This document shows positions 46,542-60,215 of a DNA stretch of 64,000 nucleotides, one piece after another; within the stretch, counting starts at the first letter, position 1, and each line of letters begins with the position of its first letter. The translations under genes were made by a program, and so were the position numbers. Location: assembly GCA_963693365.1 (NCBI GenBank), contig CAVNZM010000007.1, positions 1,473,979 through 1,537,978 on the forward strand. The letters run 5' to 3'. The notes below the pieces were generated by a model. The model was not told the origin of the DNA. It saw only the letters and a list, made by a program, of their open reading frames with translations, and made no database searches. The stretch comes from Amoebidium appalachense. Taxonomy: Eukaryota > Protista > Ichthyosporea.

Positions 46542-47840
46542 GTACTATGTATTCCATCCCCCCCCTCCCCCTTCCCCCCTCCCTCCTCTCCCCTCCCCTC
46601 AACCCCCCCCCCCCCCCCGCCCCCGCACCTCCCCTTAGGATGGGTTCTGTTTATTATGCTCCATCCCCCCCCCCCCCCCCTCCCCACCCCCCCTTCGCCC
46701 CGTTGTGAATGTGTTCTTCGTGCCCCCCCCCCCCCCCCCCCCTCCCCTCCTTCCACCTCCTTCCACCTCCCCATCCTCCTTCCACCTCCCCATCCTCGAA
46801 CTCAACCACCCACCCCATTCATTCCTTCCCTCCCCTCCTCCCTTCCACCCTCTACTTCCCTCCAATGCCGGTGGTGGGGCTCCCCCCCCCCCCCCCCGGG
46901 GGGGGGGGCTTTTTCTCCGTATCACTCTCCCATATCCTCCCCCCCCCCCCCCCCGCATTCAAACCCCCCCAGTCTTCTTTCAGTGGTGTCCTTTCAGGAC
47001 AGACCACTGTGTGGAGACCGCTTTACTTCCATGCAACCGGGCATGGTTGCTCTGTGTCGTGCATCTGTAAGCACATACGCATTTTTCGCTGCACTGCATT
47101 AGTTTGCACACACATCTTCACCGTTTTGCTCACCTTGCTTGCATAAGCAACCCTGCTCGTCTTTGATCAAGACGGGTTGACCCGCCCAAGTTCAGTTGAT
47201 GCTGCTGTCTGAGTTGGAGCGTCGTATATACGCGGGCTAAGGGGTCGAAACTCGGACGCAATTGATGACTTGGGTCCTCCCTGAGGATGGGCTCTGCTTA
47301 TGACGCATACTGTGCACATGGCTGATGTTGCATACTTGAATGTTTGCCTTTGCATGTGTCCTGCACCATGCTTCTCGTCGTGTATGCGTACTTCGTACCG
47401 TGTTCCGCATTCAACACCCCCCCCCCCCCCCCCACACCACCACCACCTACCGCCTCCACCCAATGACAAATCTCATCTTATGTCCTTTGCCCATTTTTTC
47501 ATGGTTTTACGTTCCTTTGCTCATTTTTTCGTGTTTTTCCTTCCTTGACATGCACAGTGTTCTTGTTTGCCTGACGTTGTACCCAGTTGTTTGGACATTC
47601 TGCTTTACCTAACACACTGCTCTCAATCTCACAACCCCCCCCCTTCCCCCCTCCCCCCCCCAAAAAACACACACACACACACACACCACCCCTCGCAACC
47701 TCGCCCAAACCCAAACAACACACAAACACAGACCCATCCGTCCCTCTGCCCCGATTTCCCCCTCCCTCCCCCCTCCCTCCTCCCCCGCCCCCGTCTCCTC
47801 CCCCCCCCCCCCCCTTTCCCCTCCCTCCCCTCCCCCCCCC

Positions 47841-47904
<64 letters not shown>

Positions 47905-48309
47905 ACCGTCACACACATTCCCCCCTTCCCCCTCCCCCTCCAACCCCAAAACGTAAACAAACAACAACCAACCAAACGATCAAAAACAAACAAAAAATAA
48001 AAGGAAAAAAAACAAGTATCCCGCCTGCAACGGATGCAATGTGCGAAAGCAATAATCCCGTCATCACCACCCCAGCCACAAGCAAATACCTCTGCATTCA
48101 GCAGGGTTACAACACTCCAAACATACAGGGTGTGACATGGCAAAACGACACGTGCTATAAGTATGAGTCATGCAGGCGAATGATTGGTGCTGACGGGGCG
48201 GAGACGTTTGCTATTGGAGGTAGGCTACCAATCAGTCTATGTGTGGGTGTGGGTGTGTGTGGGTGGGTGGGTGGGTGGGTGGGGGGTTGGGTTGGGGAGT
48301 GGGTGGGTG

Positions 48310-48422
<113 letters not shown>

Positions 48423-48745
48423 GTGGATGTGCTTGTGTGTGTGTGTGTGTCACGGCTCGTGTGTGTATGTGTGTGTTTTTTGGTTGTAAGCTTTTTTTAG
48501 TTTTATTTTATCATGTTTCATCTCACAGAGGCCATGAATATCGCCTTGGCTCTGCCTAAAGCCCCGGGCAGATACATGTAGCCGTGCAAGCAAACGTTGA
48601 CACTCACGTTTTCATGCATGTTCAAGCACCCATAATAACTAACTGTCTCTCCCTCCTCCCCCATCTCACCCCCTCCTCCCCTCCCCCTCTCCACACACAC
48701 ACATATGCACTCATGGGTGCACGTGCGCACACTCACACACATATA

Positions 48746-48815
<70 letters not shown>

Positions 48816-49255
48816 CACGCACACGCACACACACACACACAAACACGCAGGCATGCACACACACGCCCCCCCCCCCCCCAACACACACACACACTCACCT
48901 CCCCAACCCCCCCACCCTCCCCACGGTGACCCCCTCCCGCCCTTCCCTCCCTCCCCCCCCCCCCCCCCACACACACACACACACGCCCTACAGTGTACAA
49001 GTCAGCCGATTCTACTAGAGCATTTCAGGAAACTCTTACCAAGTCTGACAGCATATGGAACAGCCCCCCGATCCGTTAATGTCGTAACGATACTTTTACA
49101 CAACGAAAACAGAATACATTGCCTCGTGTTGTACGCATATACGGGTGATAAATGTGCAACTGGCAGTGCTGGGACATGTGTTTGCACAGTCGGTTGCCGT
49201 TGTGTTGCTGATAAGGAGCACACATTTCATGCTTCCGAGCCCCCCTCCTGCCCCA

Positions 49256-49286
<31 letters not shown>

Positions 49287-49416
49287 ACCCACCCACCCAG
49301 GCCAAGCCCATAACTCCGAACCACATGCGCACGCGGGCAGGAGGCATGCACACACACACACACCCATTGTCTCACAAACACACATAAACAGTGTTTCACA
49401 AACATACGCGCAACCA

Positions 49417-49536
<120 letters not shown>

Positions 49537-49696
49537 CACACACACAGACACACACACACATACACAGACACACACACACACACGTACACACACACACATT
49601 CACCGTGGCACACACACGCAACATGCACACAAAACATGTCGTATCACACAGACACAACTAAACACATGCGTGTACACACACACACACACACGCACG

Positions 49697-49858
<162 letters not shown>

Positions 49859-50095
49859 ATGATGTATTTATTCACACATGCGTTGTCAACACCACACACA
49901 TACCGGTTGAGCACACACTGGTTTTTATTAAAAAAGAAAAAGAAAAAAAAATCATAATTCAACGAAGCAGGGAGAATCAAAATTAGAATTGGGAGCAGCA
50001 AGAAGCAAGTAATCGCCGAACCCCAGCAAGGGGTAGCATCAAATCGAGCGTCGAACCATAAAAGGCTAGAAACTAACGCATTTGTTTGGACACAG

Positions 50096-50218
50096 ACATC
50101 GACGAGTGTACCACGGGTGCGCACACATGTGACAGCACTAGCAGCAACTGCACCAACACCTATGGCTCATACACGTGCCCGTGCCTGGCTGGGTTTGTGC
50201 TCAAGGGCACGAAGTGCG
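50096..50218 (+). CDS. Calcium-binding EGF domain exon (phase 1-1)
   Basis: ACTAAC branch point at ~50072, cacag|DIDECTTGAHTCDSTSSNCTNTYGSYTCPCLAGFVLKGTKC G|gtgtgt; canonical cbEGF consensus; 123 nt. Confidence 0.85.
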
Positions 50219-50635
50219 GTGTGTGCCCACAATCCCCTTAGATCTACATCTTGTTCCCCCCCCCCCCCCCTCCCCCCTCCCCCCCCCCCCCCCCCCCCTT
50301 CCTCCCCTCCACCCCTACCCATCTCTGCCCCTCTCCGGTGGTGGTAGTGAGGGAAGATGGGAAGGAAGGAGGCCAGGCTGGTGGAGATGTGAGTGTGTCA
50401 GTGGGGGGGGGGGGGGGGGGGGGGGGGGGGAGGGGGGGGAAGGAGGGGAAGGAGGAGGAGGGGGGATGGGAGGGGTAGGTTGGGGGAAGGGGGGGGAGGG
50501 GGGGGGGAAGTTGGCAGCCAGGGGGCAAGTGAAAGGAAACAGAGAAAAGAGGAAGGAAGGAAGAGGGCAAGGTGTGGGTTGTTTTATTGGCTCAGTGTGG
50601 TGTGTGTATTTGTGCGTGTATGCGTCCGTGCGTGC

Positions 50636-50719
<84 letters not shown>

Positions 50720-51998
50720 TGTTTGTGTGTGTGTGTGTGTGTGATTTTTGTGTGGTGAGGGCTGGTCCAGGCCAGGCCCTGGGGTGGAAGGGGGGTGGGG
50801 GAGGGGGTGGGGGGGGGGGGGAGGGGGAGAAGAGGGGGGAGGGGAGGAAAAGGGGGGGGAGGGTGGGATTTAGTAAAGTCAGACGGTGTATCAACTTCTG
50901 ACCTCCCACAACCAATCACAAGCGGATATAGATCATGCCTACATGTAATAGCGGTAGTTAGGTCTAGTAGTGGGGTTGGGGGTAGAGGAGTGAGGGAAGG
51001 GAAAGGGGAGGAGGGAGGGGGAAGGGGGGGGGGGGGGGGTCGAGGGTGCAAAGCAGGCAACGTTAATCATATCCACTCACCATATTAACCATTCCAAACA
51101 AACTGTATGCTGTGTTGATGCATTTACTGATCAAGTATCTCTCCCACAGTGTCGACACAACCGACGATGAATGCCCCGGTTGCCGTAGGGTATCGCAAAG
51201 ACGTAATCTGCAGCCAATCGATTGGCCGATTGAGCAACACCTCCATATCGGGTATATCAGCAGATGACTGGTGACCCGGTGCTCACAGACCCCAGGATGC
51301 AAATTTGCAAATTTCATCGCAGCAGGGGGGGGGGGGTCTGTGGGCTATTTACCGAATACAAAACTATCCAAAGTACCGGTGTTGTGTCGACTATCTACGG
51401 GGACGATAATTCTCCATTCAATGAGGTAATTGGTAATAAGTATTGTGTTGTGGCAGTGATATGTTTGTGTTTGTGCGTAGATACCTGACTTTGCATGTGT
51501 CACACCTCTTCTTTTTTTGCCAAGATTTCGTGAGTTTGTGCTTGTCCTATTGTCTAAGAGTCTACCCCATGAGTGTTTGAAGACTGAAAAAGAGAATTAT
51601 ATGATGTTCAAGAGGCCAGGGAGGGCGACCTGGAAAATGAAGGACCGTCCCTAAGAAAAAGAGGGGGGGGGGGGGGGGGGCATGGCAATTCTCTCGGGAC
51701 ACGGTTTGGTTGAAAAGAAAACAAAAAAACGTGACTGCCAGGGTACGGCATATTCGGAATGGCTAATCGAATAAAGGTCTGAAATGGAAAGTAATATGTG
51801 ATTAGATGATAACCCAGGCCCCAGGTACCACGCCAAGTTGGTGCGGCAAACATATGCAGAGTGCTCTGTATATATTTTAGACTGCACTCCACACTACCCA
51901 CCACCCATAACACGCACCGTTCACGCCCACGAACACGCTCACAAATACACTCACAGATGCATGCCCACGCCAACACGCACATGTGCACGCACACACAC

Positions 51999-52125
<127 letters not shown>

Positions 52126-52275
52126 TACCCACTTCCCACCCCCGCCCCCTCCCCCCTCACCCACCCACCCACCCACCCACCTACACACACACACACCTCC
52201 CCTCCTCCCCCCTCCCCCCTCCCCCCTCTTTCCTTCCTCCCCCTCCCATACACACACACACACATCCACACACAG

Positions 52276-52548
52276 ATGCTATAATGACTACCTACACTCT
52301 GCCACCCAACACAACGTGCAACTCATCATATTGGCTAGATCCAAACTGGGGAAACCTTACCACGATGCAAATACCATCGCTTTCCGTGTGTAACTCACTA
52401 TGCGCAGAAACGATCAACTGCTCATATATTACGTACGAAGGGACACCAACATCGTGCAAATTGTATTCGCAATTTGTCGTCCAATCATGTGTGGGGGTGG
52501 TTTCCTTATATGGCATGGACACAACAACGGGCCCAACACCATTTCCAG
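52276..52548 (+). CDS. Intact PAN/Apple-domain exon (phase 1-1)
   Basis: cacag|..PNTTCNSS...SLSVCNSLCAETINCSYITYEGTPTSCKLYS...PFP G|gtatgt; 273 nt. Confidence 0.72.
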
Positions 52549-53298
52549 GTATGTGCCATTAGTCTTAAGGATTCTCGGCTGTGAACCTCTCCCCCCTCCC
52601 CCCCCCCCCCCCCCCCCCCCCTCCCCCCAGCACCCACCACCATCACCGTGCAAAAAAAAAAAAAAAAAAAAAAGACCCCTTGCTTAAGGTGTTTCTGCTG
52701 TTCAAGTATCCTCCCACCTTTTGTAAATCCCTGTTAGTGCCCCTCCGCCCGGCCCGTCCCTCCCAGCCTTTCCACCCTCCCCTTCTTCCCCCCCCCCCCT
52801 GCTCCCCCCCCAACCCGTTCCCTCCCTTCCCTTGCTCTAGAGTACTTTCTGGGTTTGAAACGGAACGTACTAAGAAGTGAAACATGGTCTTCTCTGTGCA
52901 CATACATCGTTGCATACAGCATGACTTGAAGTAACACAACCCCTCCTACCCCCCAACTACCTCGAGGCCTACCCCACCCACTGTACCGATTCACTAACCC
53001 CCCCCCCCCCCCCCCCCCGAGGGGGGGGCCCTACACACACACACCTTTTCTTGCCGTCACTGATCGGCCCTCAACCTCGGGTCCCCCCTTGCCTGCAACT
53101 TATTAGACACTTATCCCTCGATATCCCCGGGAACTTCCTTCTGAATTGCATTAATAAACTATTCTACTCCCCCCCCCGCCCCCCTCCCCCCCCCCCGTAC
53201 CCTCACCCCCTCCCAGGCTCCTTTCCACACACATACACACACTGTGACACCAGAGACACACAGGCAGACACAACTCTGACAGGCACACACCCACACGT

Positions 53299-53335
<37 letters not shown>

Positions 53336-53346
53336 GCACACGCACA

Positions 53347-53411
<65 letters not shown>

Positions 53412-53525
53412 TTACATATACACAAGCGTGTGTGTGCGTGCCCTCATACACATGCGCACACACACACGCACACACACAATCTCTCTCTTTCTCTCTCTCT
53501 CTCTCACCTCTCTCTCTCTCTGTCT

Positions 53526-53660
<135 letters not shown>

Positions 53661-53661
53661 C

Positions 53662-53696
<35 letters not shown>

Positions 53697-53698
53697 GA

Positions 53699-53779
<81 letters not shown>

Positions 53780-54300
53780 AGTCTGTCACCTCCAGCCGTC
53801 GCTCCCTGCTGAACCCTAACCCATTTGCCTAATTGCAGAAACTGACGAGTGCCTTCTTGGCACGCACACGTGCCATTCCGATGGCACGTGCAACGATACG
53901 ATTGGCTCATACACGTGCACGTACAGAATGGATACACAGGCAACGGCACACTGTGCACTGGTAGGTATTTCCCCTCATGTGCAAATATGCCATAAAAAAA
54001 TGTAAGTCGTGATTAGAAATAAAGTGTTCGTGATCTATACTATCCATAAGAATCATCATATAAGAGTATCTGCAAGGAACAAATTGAATGTAAAGGGAAC
54101 TTCGGCGGCGGCCGGCGATAACGGATGATCACTGCAGTGATTTCGCCATGATCAATAATAATCATCAGTGAACCCCGATCCTCCCCCCCCCCCCCCCCCC
54201 CCTAATTGTTTGACTTTGGATTCCCCACTTTTGTGACGTTTTGTTGTTGCTCTTTGTAGTCTCCTCCATATTTCCAACCCTCAAACGCATACATCACCCC

Positions 54301-54331
<31 letters not shown>

Positions 54332-55934
54332 CAACCACCACCACCACCACCGTGGCACCACCACCACCGCCATCACCAGGAAGAAAGCAGTCCTTCCCAT
54401 TCCCTCTGCCGTATGATGAACGTGATAGAAAACGAAAACACAACTCAGTGAGCACTAAATCTTTAACCCAGCATGTCTCAGACTCAGTAGCAAAACCACC
54501 ACCACCACCACGACGTCAACGAAAACTTTCACCCGCATCCACTCTATCTGCCAGTGAGACTACTCTCCATCGCACAGTTTCCACCCCCGCCTCCACCTTC
54601 AAATTCAGGGGACGAATCATCATGTTATTCAGGGAACGAACTATCATGTTATTCTACTCACGACGCCATTCACTGTGCGCATGATGAGGAATGTGGGCCA
54701 CCAGGGAAATCATTCCGACATGGCACGAACAACATTCCAATCCTCAATCGCGGGTGATCCGAGTGGTGACTGTGGTCAGTATTGCCTTGTGGTAATAACC
54801 TCCCTCCCCCCCCCCCCCCCCCCCCCCGCGCGTGCACCCCTCCCCCTTCCCACCCCCTTCCCCCCTCGCTCGGACCCCCACCGTGACCACCCGGACCACA
54901 CACTGTCAATATCACACATACAGTAGTGACCCTTAATGGCGAGTACATTTTTGTGCTTCAAACCACATTGAAATCCGAATACTCTTTCTCGACGACGATA
55001 ACTCAACAACCGCGGCAGAAGCTACAACACTAATCCGGGTTCTCTCTCTCCCTTCCTTCCTCCCTTCCTCCCTCCCTCCCTCTCTCCCTCCCTCCCCAGC
55101 CTCACTCAGTTCGCTCACTCCCTCCCCCTCTCCCTCCTTCCCTCCGGGCCCCCTCCCTCCTTCGCTCCCTCCCTCCCCCCCCTCCCCCCCCCCCCCCAGG
55201 GCCCCCCCCCTCTTCACTCCCTCTTCCCGCTCTCCCCCTCCCCCCTCTACCCACCCCTTTTCTCTCAAGGGTCTTTTCCTTCTCCCCCTCCCCCCTGTAC
55301 CAGCCCCCCCCCCCCCCCCCCCCAGTAACTAGTGTAATGTCGATGACTGTGTGGTAGACGGTAGTTTTCAATAAGAGGACTCCAAAGGTCCTCTGGGAAC
55401 AAAGCGTGACTTCGAAATAAAAAACAATAAAATAAAAGAAAAGAGAAGAAGAAAAAAAAAGGCCCACTGCATGCGCATGGGCACAACAGTGGCCCCCCTG
55501 GGCCACACACGACATGCGCGTGCCACTGGTACACTGGTTTGGCAATGATTTGGGACAGTTGTTAGTTTATTTAAATTATTTATCTTTTATTTATTTAAAT
55601 TAATCTTAAACTTTGAGCGGTCTTGAGGACGGTGCTCACTACGCCGTGGGGGGCCACGCGGAGCAGGGGGGGGGGGGAGGGAGGGGGGGGGGGGGGGGGG
55701 GAGGGTTTGTTTACCCGGTAACCGCAGCTACTAGTTTAGTAGCCTAGCAGTGATAGGATTTTCCGCTTTTCTTTTTCTTTTTTTGGGGGGGGGGGGGGGG
55801 GGGGAGGGGGGGGGGGGGGGAGGGGAGGATGTTTAACACAGCCCGGTGACCCGATCTTGAGGGTCGTAGGAGAGTCTGCGCTGTCTGAGTGATGCAGCCT
55901 TTCACTTTCGTGGTTATGCGACCCCCCCCCCCCC

Positions 55935-55971
<37 letters not shown>

Positions 55972-56804
55972 ACCGTGCCCCCCTCCCCACCCCCACCCCC
56001 CGAGGCTCGGCCTCCCCGAGCCCCCCCCCCGGATCCCCTCGGCAACTCGGGAAGCTGGGGAGACCCATCCATCCCTGGTGGCAACCGACCGGTGGCTGCC
56101 CAGGCCGGAGAAATTTTAAATTTAAAGAGCGGCTACTACTCAGTACGGCCCCGGGCTGCCTGTTCATTTTGAAGTTGAAATACTGGAAGTTACTAAAACG
56201 TAAACATTTTTGCGGCAGCGGCTTACTGATAAACTCTCCAATCACCTGAAACGAGTCATGCTACCCCCCCCCCCCCTCCCCCCCCTCCCCCCCCCCCCCC
56301 CCCCCCCGCCCTCCACCCCCCCCTCCAGAAAAAAGGGCTTCCTCCCCCCCCCCCCCCCCCCCCCTTCCAATCGTGACCTCCGGCCCTCTGAGTGAGTCCT
56401 GCAACTGCCCGAAGGCTCCTCAGGGTGTCCGACCCCGCAGCGCGCGCACTGCCCAAGATTATCAGCAAAAGCAGAATTAATATTGATTAATATAATTCTG
56501 TTAGGGAGAGCTGTTACGGATATAGACTAGAATAAAAGAATTATTCAATATTCATGATCAGGCTGCCAATATACTAGGCTCAGTTGTACAGAGCCTCCGG
56601 GCCGTAGGCTAAGTTAGTAAATTGAGTTCAACCACAGTGCATGTGGCGCTGCCGTGATCTCGGATTTTTGCGAAATAATTCTGCTCAGACCTGTTTTTGG
56701 GGGGGGAATGTGCCGACATGTAGGTGATCATGAGCTGTGGACATGTAGGTGAGCGCAGAATAGCTCAGTGGTTTTGGCCCAGAATTTTAAGCAGACTCTG
56801 CCCG

Positions 56805-56840
<36 letters not shown>

Positions 56841-56870
56841 GCGAGCCGAGCCGGATTCGAACCTGCGTCC

Positions 56871-56872
<2 letters not shown>
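56841..56872 (-). other. tRNA-derived fragment (T-arm/B-box) embedded between A-runs; possible SINE or tRNA pseudogene relic
   Basis: Minus strand GCAGGTTCGAATCCGGC contains B-box GGTTCGAATCC and is followed by a T-run. No complete cloverleaf. Confidence 0.35.
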
Positions 56873-56913
<41 letters not shown>

Positions 56914-57707
56914 GCATCGCCCTAGTCAGCTAGTATTGTGGCGGGAAAATTCTATAGTCTACATTGCGTAGACCATTTGATTACGTCACTCAGTGTAGTC
57001 TTCCGCCACCGTTGAGGGGCCGATCGCGAAATTTGGGGTATAATCTGCCTATCCGAACAGTAGACAACTGGCATGGCGCACTCATCCGGAGGTAGTACAT
57101 ACTCCACGTGCACATGCACTGCGGTGCCACGGTGAACATGAAAACAGATTGTGGCACTACACCGTGGAACGCCCACACGCGCGCATATGCATTGTGCACG
57201 TATACACCCACTTTGACAATTTTTCATTTTATTTTATGAGTATCTAGATCTCGTTTTGGTCCCGGACTGCATGGTCCCTCAGGGTCTCTCAGAGGAACAC
57301 CGACGTCCACCCGGGCCAGCACCGTCGGTCATGTGCACGTGACTAGATGTAGCTTGCAACATACCACTGTCCTATAACTATTTGCGCGTACAGGGGTCAC
57401 CAATACATGTGTTTTGATCATGAGATCAATAGTTTTGATCTCATGCAGGGTCTAGAATGATTATCATAAGGTTCACAGCCGTACTACGGCGGTAGGGTTC
57501 ATTATCTTACTAGTGTAACCCCCCCCCCCCCCCCCCCCGGCCCCCCCTCCCCCCGCCCTGCGCGCCCCCCTCCTCCCCCCTCCCCTCGGCCGGTCATGTG
57601 CCACGGGTCCTCATTCTGAGCTGCGGGATGTGCTCTATTTATTTTATTTTAATTTATTTTTTTGTTGGGGGGGGGAGGGTGGGTGGGTGGGTGGGTGCGG
57701 GGTGGGT

Positions 57708-57750
<43 letters not shown>

Positions 57751-58078
57751 GGGCACAAATTTCTACACACCGTGACCACGCACAAGGCTCACGGAGAACT
57801 TGTGACGTGGCACACCATGTGACAATCGTACACAGATACAACATACAAGCACCGTTGCAAATGGGCCAAGTGACAAACGAACACAGAATCGACATATAGA
57901 CACAGATATGCCAAAAGTATGCACACCGTTTTAAAATTTGCTCAAAAAAGTGATAGGGGCCTGTGTGACGTGCCCGGGCACCGTGGGCCCACACTATAAA
58001 ATCGTTACATTAATTGTGTCTTAGTCCGTGGCACACGCACGCGCGCGCACACAGTCACGCACACACACACACACCGTG

Positions 58079-58139
<61 letters not shown>

Positions 58140-58178
58140 TCACACACACACACACACACACACTGACACCCACCCACC

Positions 58179-58249
<71 letters not shown>

Positions 58250-58333
58250 TAGGTCATACACTGTGACACACACACACGCGTGTTACGCACACACACACAC
58301 ACACACACACAGACACTGCCACACACGCACACG

Positions 58334-58381
<48 letters not shown>

Positions 58382-59998
58382 ACCGTGACCCTCACACACA
58401 CACACACACGTGGCACGCACGCACACTGTGACACACACACACACACACATGTAAGGTACGCACACACACACACACACACACACACACCACAAGTTGACTT
58501 TTTCAGCCTATGTTATTGACTCGGATTCCGAACGAGAAAATTCCGGATAACTTCATTGACAAGCAGGAAAAGAATTATGATCTGCACTTGAGCCTGTTAA
58601 AATTTATAGCGCGCACATTAATTGTAACAGTTGTCAAGCCTTCCCACGATCATAGGGTGATTACTGGCCTGCCTGACTGCCGTTTGTATGACATGTATTA
58701 CCCAGCCCAGGCCCGTTACTATGACGGGCACCGTGAGGGTCCTGCCGGCGGCCCCTGGTCCGAAAAATTCATCAAGGGCCTCGGACATGCAGCCTGTCGA
58801 GATCATAGAGTGACTTTGAAGGCCGCGGCAATTCTGAGTAAAGCAAGTCAAAGAAACTGTTCGCAAAACGAAAAAAAAATCGCCCTGTGACTTCAATTGA
58901 TTACCTAAGAACTGAGGTCTTTCAATTGCAAGCCTCAGACAGAGAGAGTCGTATCCGAGCCTGTACAGCTGTCCTGCATGCAGGCATAGCCGTTTCAAAT
59001 CTACAGTGCAATATAATATACTAGCAATTAATTCTTGGTTCTGCGTGCCCGGCCCTGGCGGGCCCCGGGGCACGCCTTACGGGGTTTGAAGCCTTTGGCA
59101 CGCACACACACGCGCACAAACACCTGTAAACAGTGGCATAACCAGTGAACGCATGTCATTGAACGTTCACATGCACATCACAAGCACGCGCACGTCATGT
59201 ACACTTGCACGCACCACACATACATGTGCACAAACACACACACACACGCACACACACTTAACCATAAAAGGTTAGTCTTCATGCAACTACATAAGTGACA
59301 CTGCAGCTGATTGTGAAGTCTTGCCCAAGCGGTCACCCATGCATGCATATACCCGCCAAACGGCACAGGCCTAACATATAATAAATAGGCTAGACATGCC
59401 ATGCCCGAGTCAGCCTGCCACATGACACACGTACGCGCACCCGGCGCACGCAAGCGCGTAGGCTACTCAGCGTAGTACTCCGTGACGGTTCTACGTGCAC
59501 GGACGCGCTCGCAGCTCCGCCGCTCATGCAGGCACGAATAGCCGGGCAGGCGCTGATCATCATGATCATAGCCTGACGCCAGCAGCAGAGGATCTAGATC
59601 TAGATCTCATGGGCCAATCGTCGAGAGATTTGCCAGAGAATCTTCAAAACTTTGATCTTGTAGATCTGGTATACGGCCGCACATGGGCCGCTGACGCGGG
59701 CGCAGTCACAGTGAGTGCATGGGCTGCACGACGCGTGCGGCACGCACAGTCTCGAAGTGTGTCACTTACAGGTTTTGATAGGCACTTACCTTTGCACATA
59801 CCATGTTTCCGTGCCGTACATATAAGAAGTTTTTGCTAGCGTGATATTCATGTTAACACAAAGATGAAATCACAAAATAGAAAGTATGTGTACACATGTG
59901 CATCATGTGCATGCCTGACTGATCATGCATGTGCCCATGATCAAATAGACTCTACTCTCTCTACTCTACTCTTTTTCCAAGCTCATACCTCTTAGTAG

Positions 59999-60215
59999 GG
60001 TGATTTTTGGAATTTTAAGATTTTAGGATGGTGATTAAGATTTTAGAAGTAGGGTGATTAAGATTTTGAAAAATAGTTTTAGGTGATAGTGTAAATTTTG
60101 GACCGACGTGCAGGGAGACGAGTTATAAGGTGATACTAAGAGGTACGTGTAAGATTTCAGAAGTAAAAGGTGATTAAGATTTCAGAAGTAGAGAGTAATT
60201 AAGATTTTAGAAAAT
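59999..60215. repeat. AT-rich degenerate tandem repeat (unit ~GGTGATTAAGATTT(T/C)AGAAGT)
   Basis: About 6 copies of TAAGATTT(T/C)(A)G within ~220 bp; no open frame found on the minus strand. Confidence 0.6.

Noticed and set aside
57420-57520. Hairpin CATGAGATCAA/TTGATCTCATG followed by CTAG, and ACTAGT sites (55328, 55730, 57509), as Helitron ends
   Set aside because: No matching 5' TC end or consistent A|T target could be established.
58510-58890. 126-aa ORF, and 112-aa ORF at 61535-61873
   Set aside because: No recognisable motif, splice partners or codon bias that I could support.
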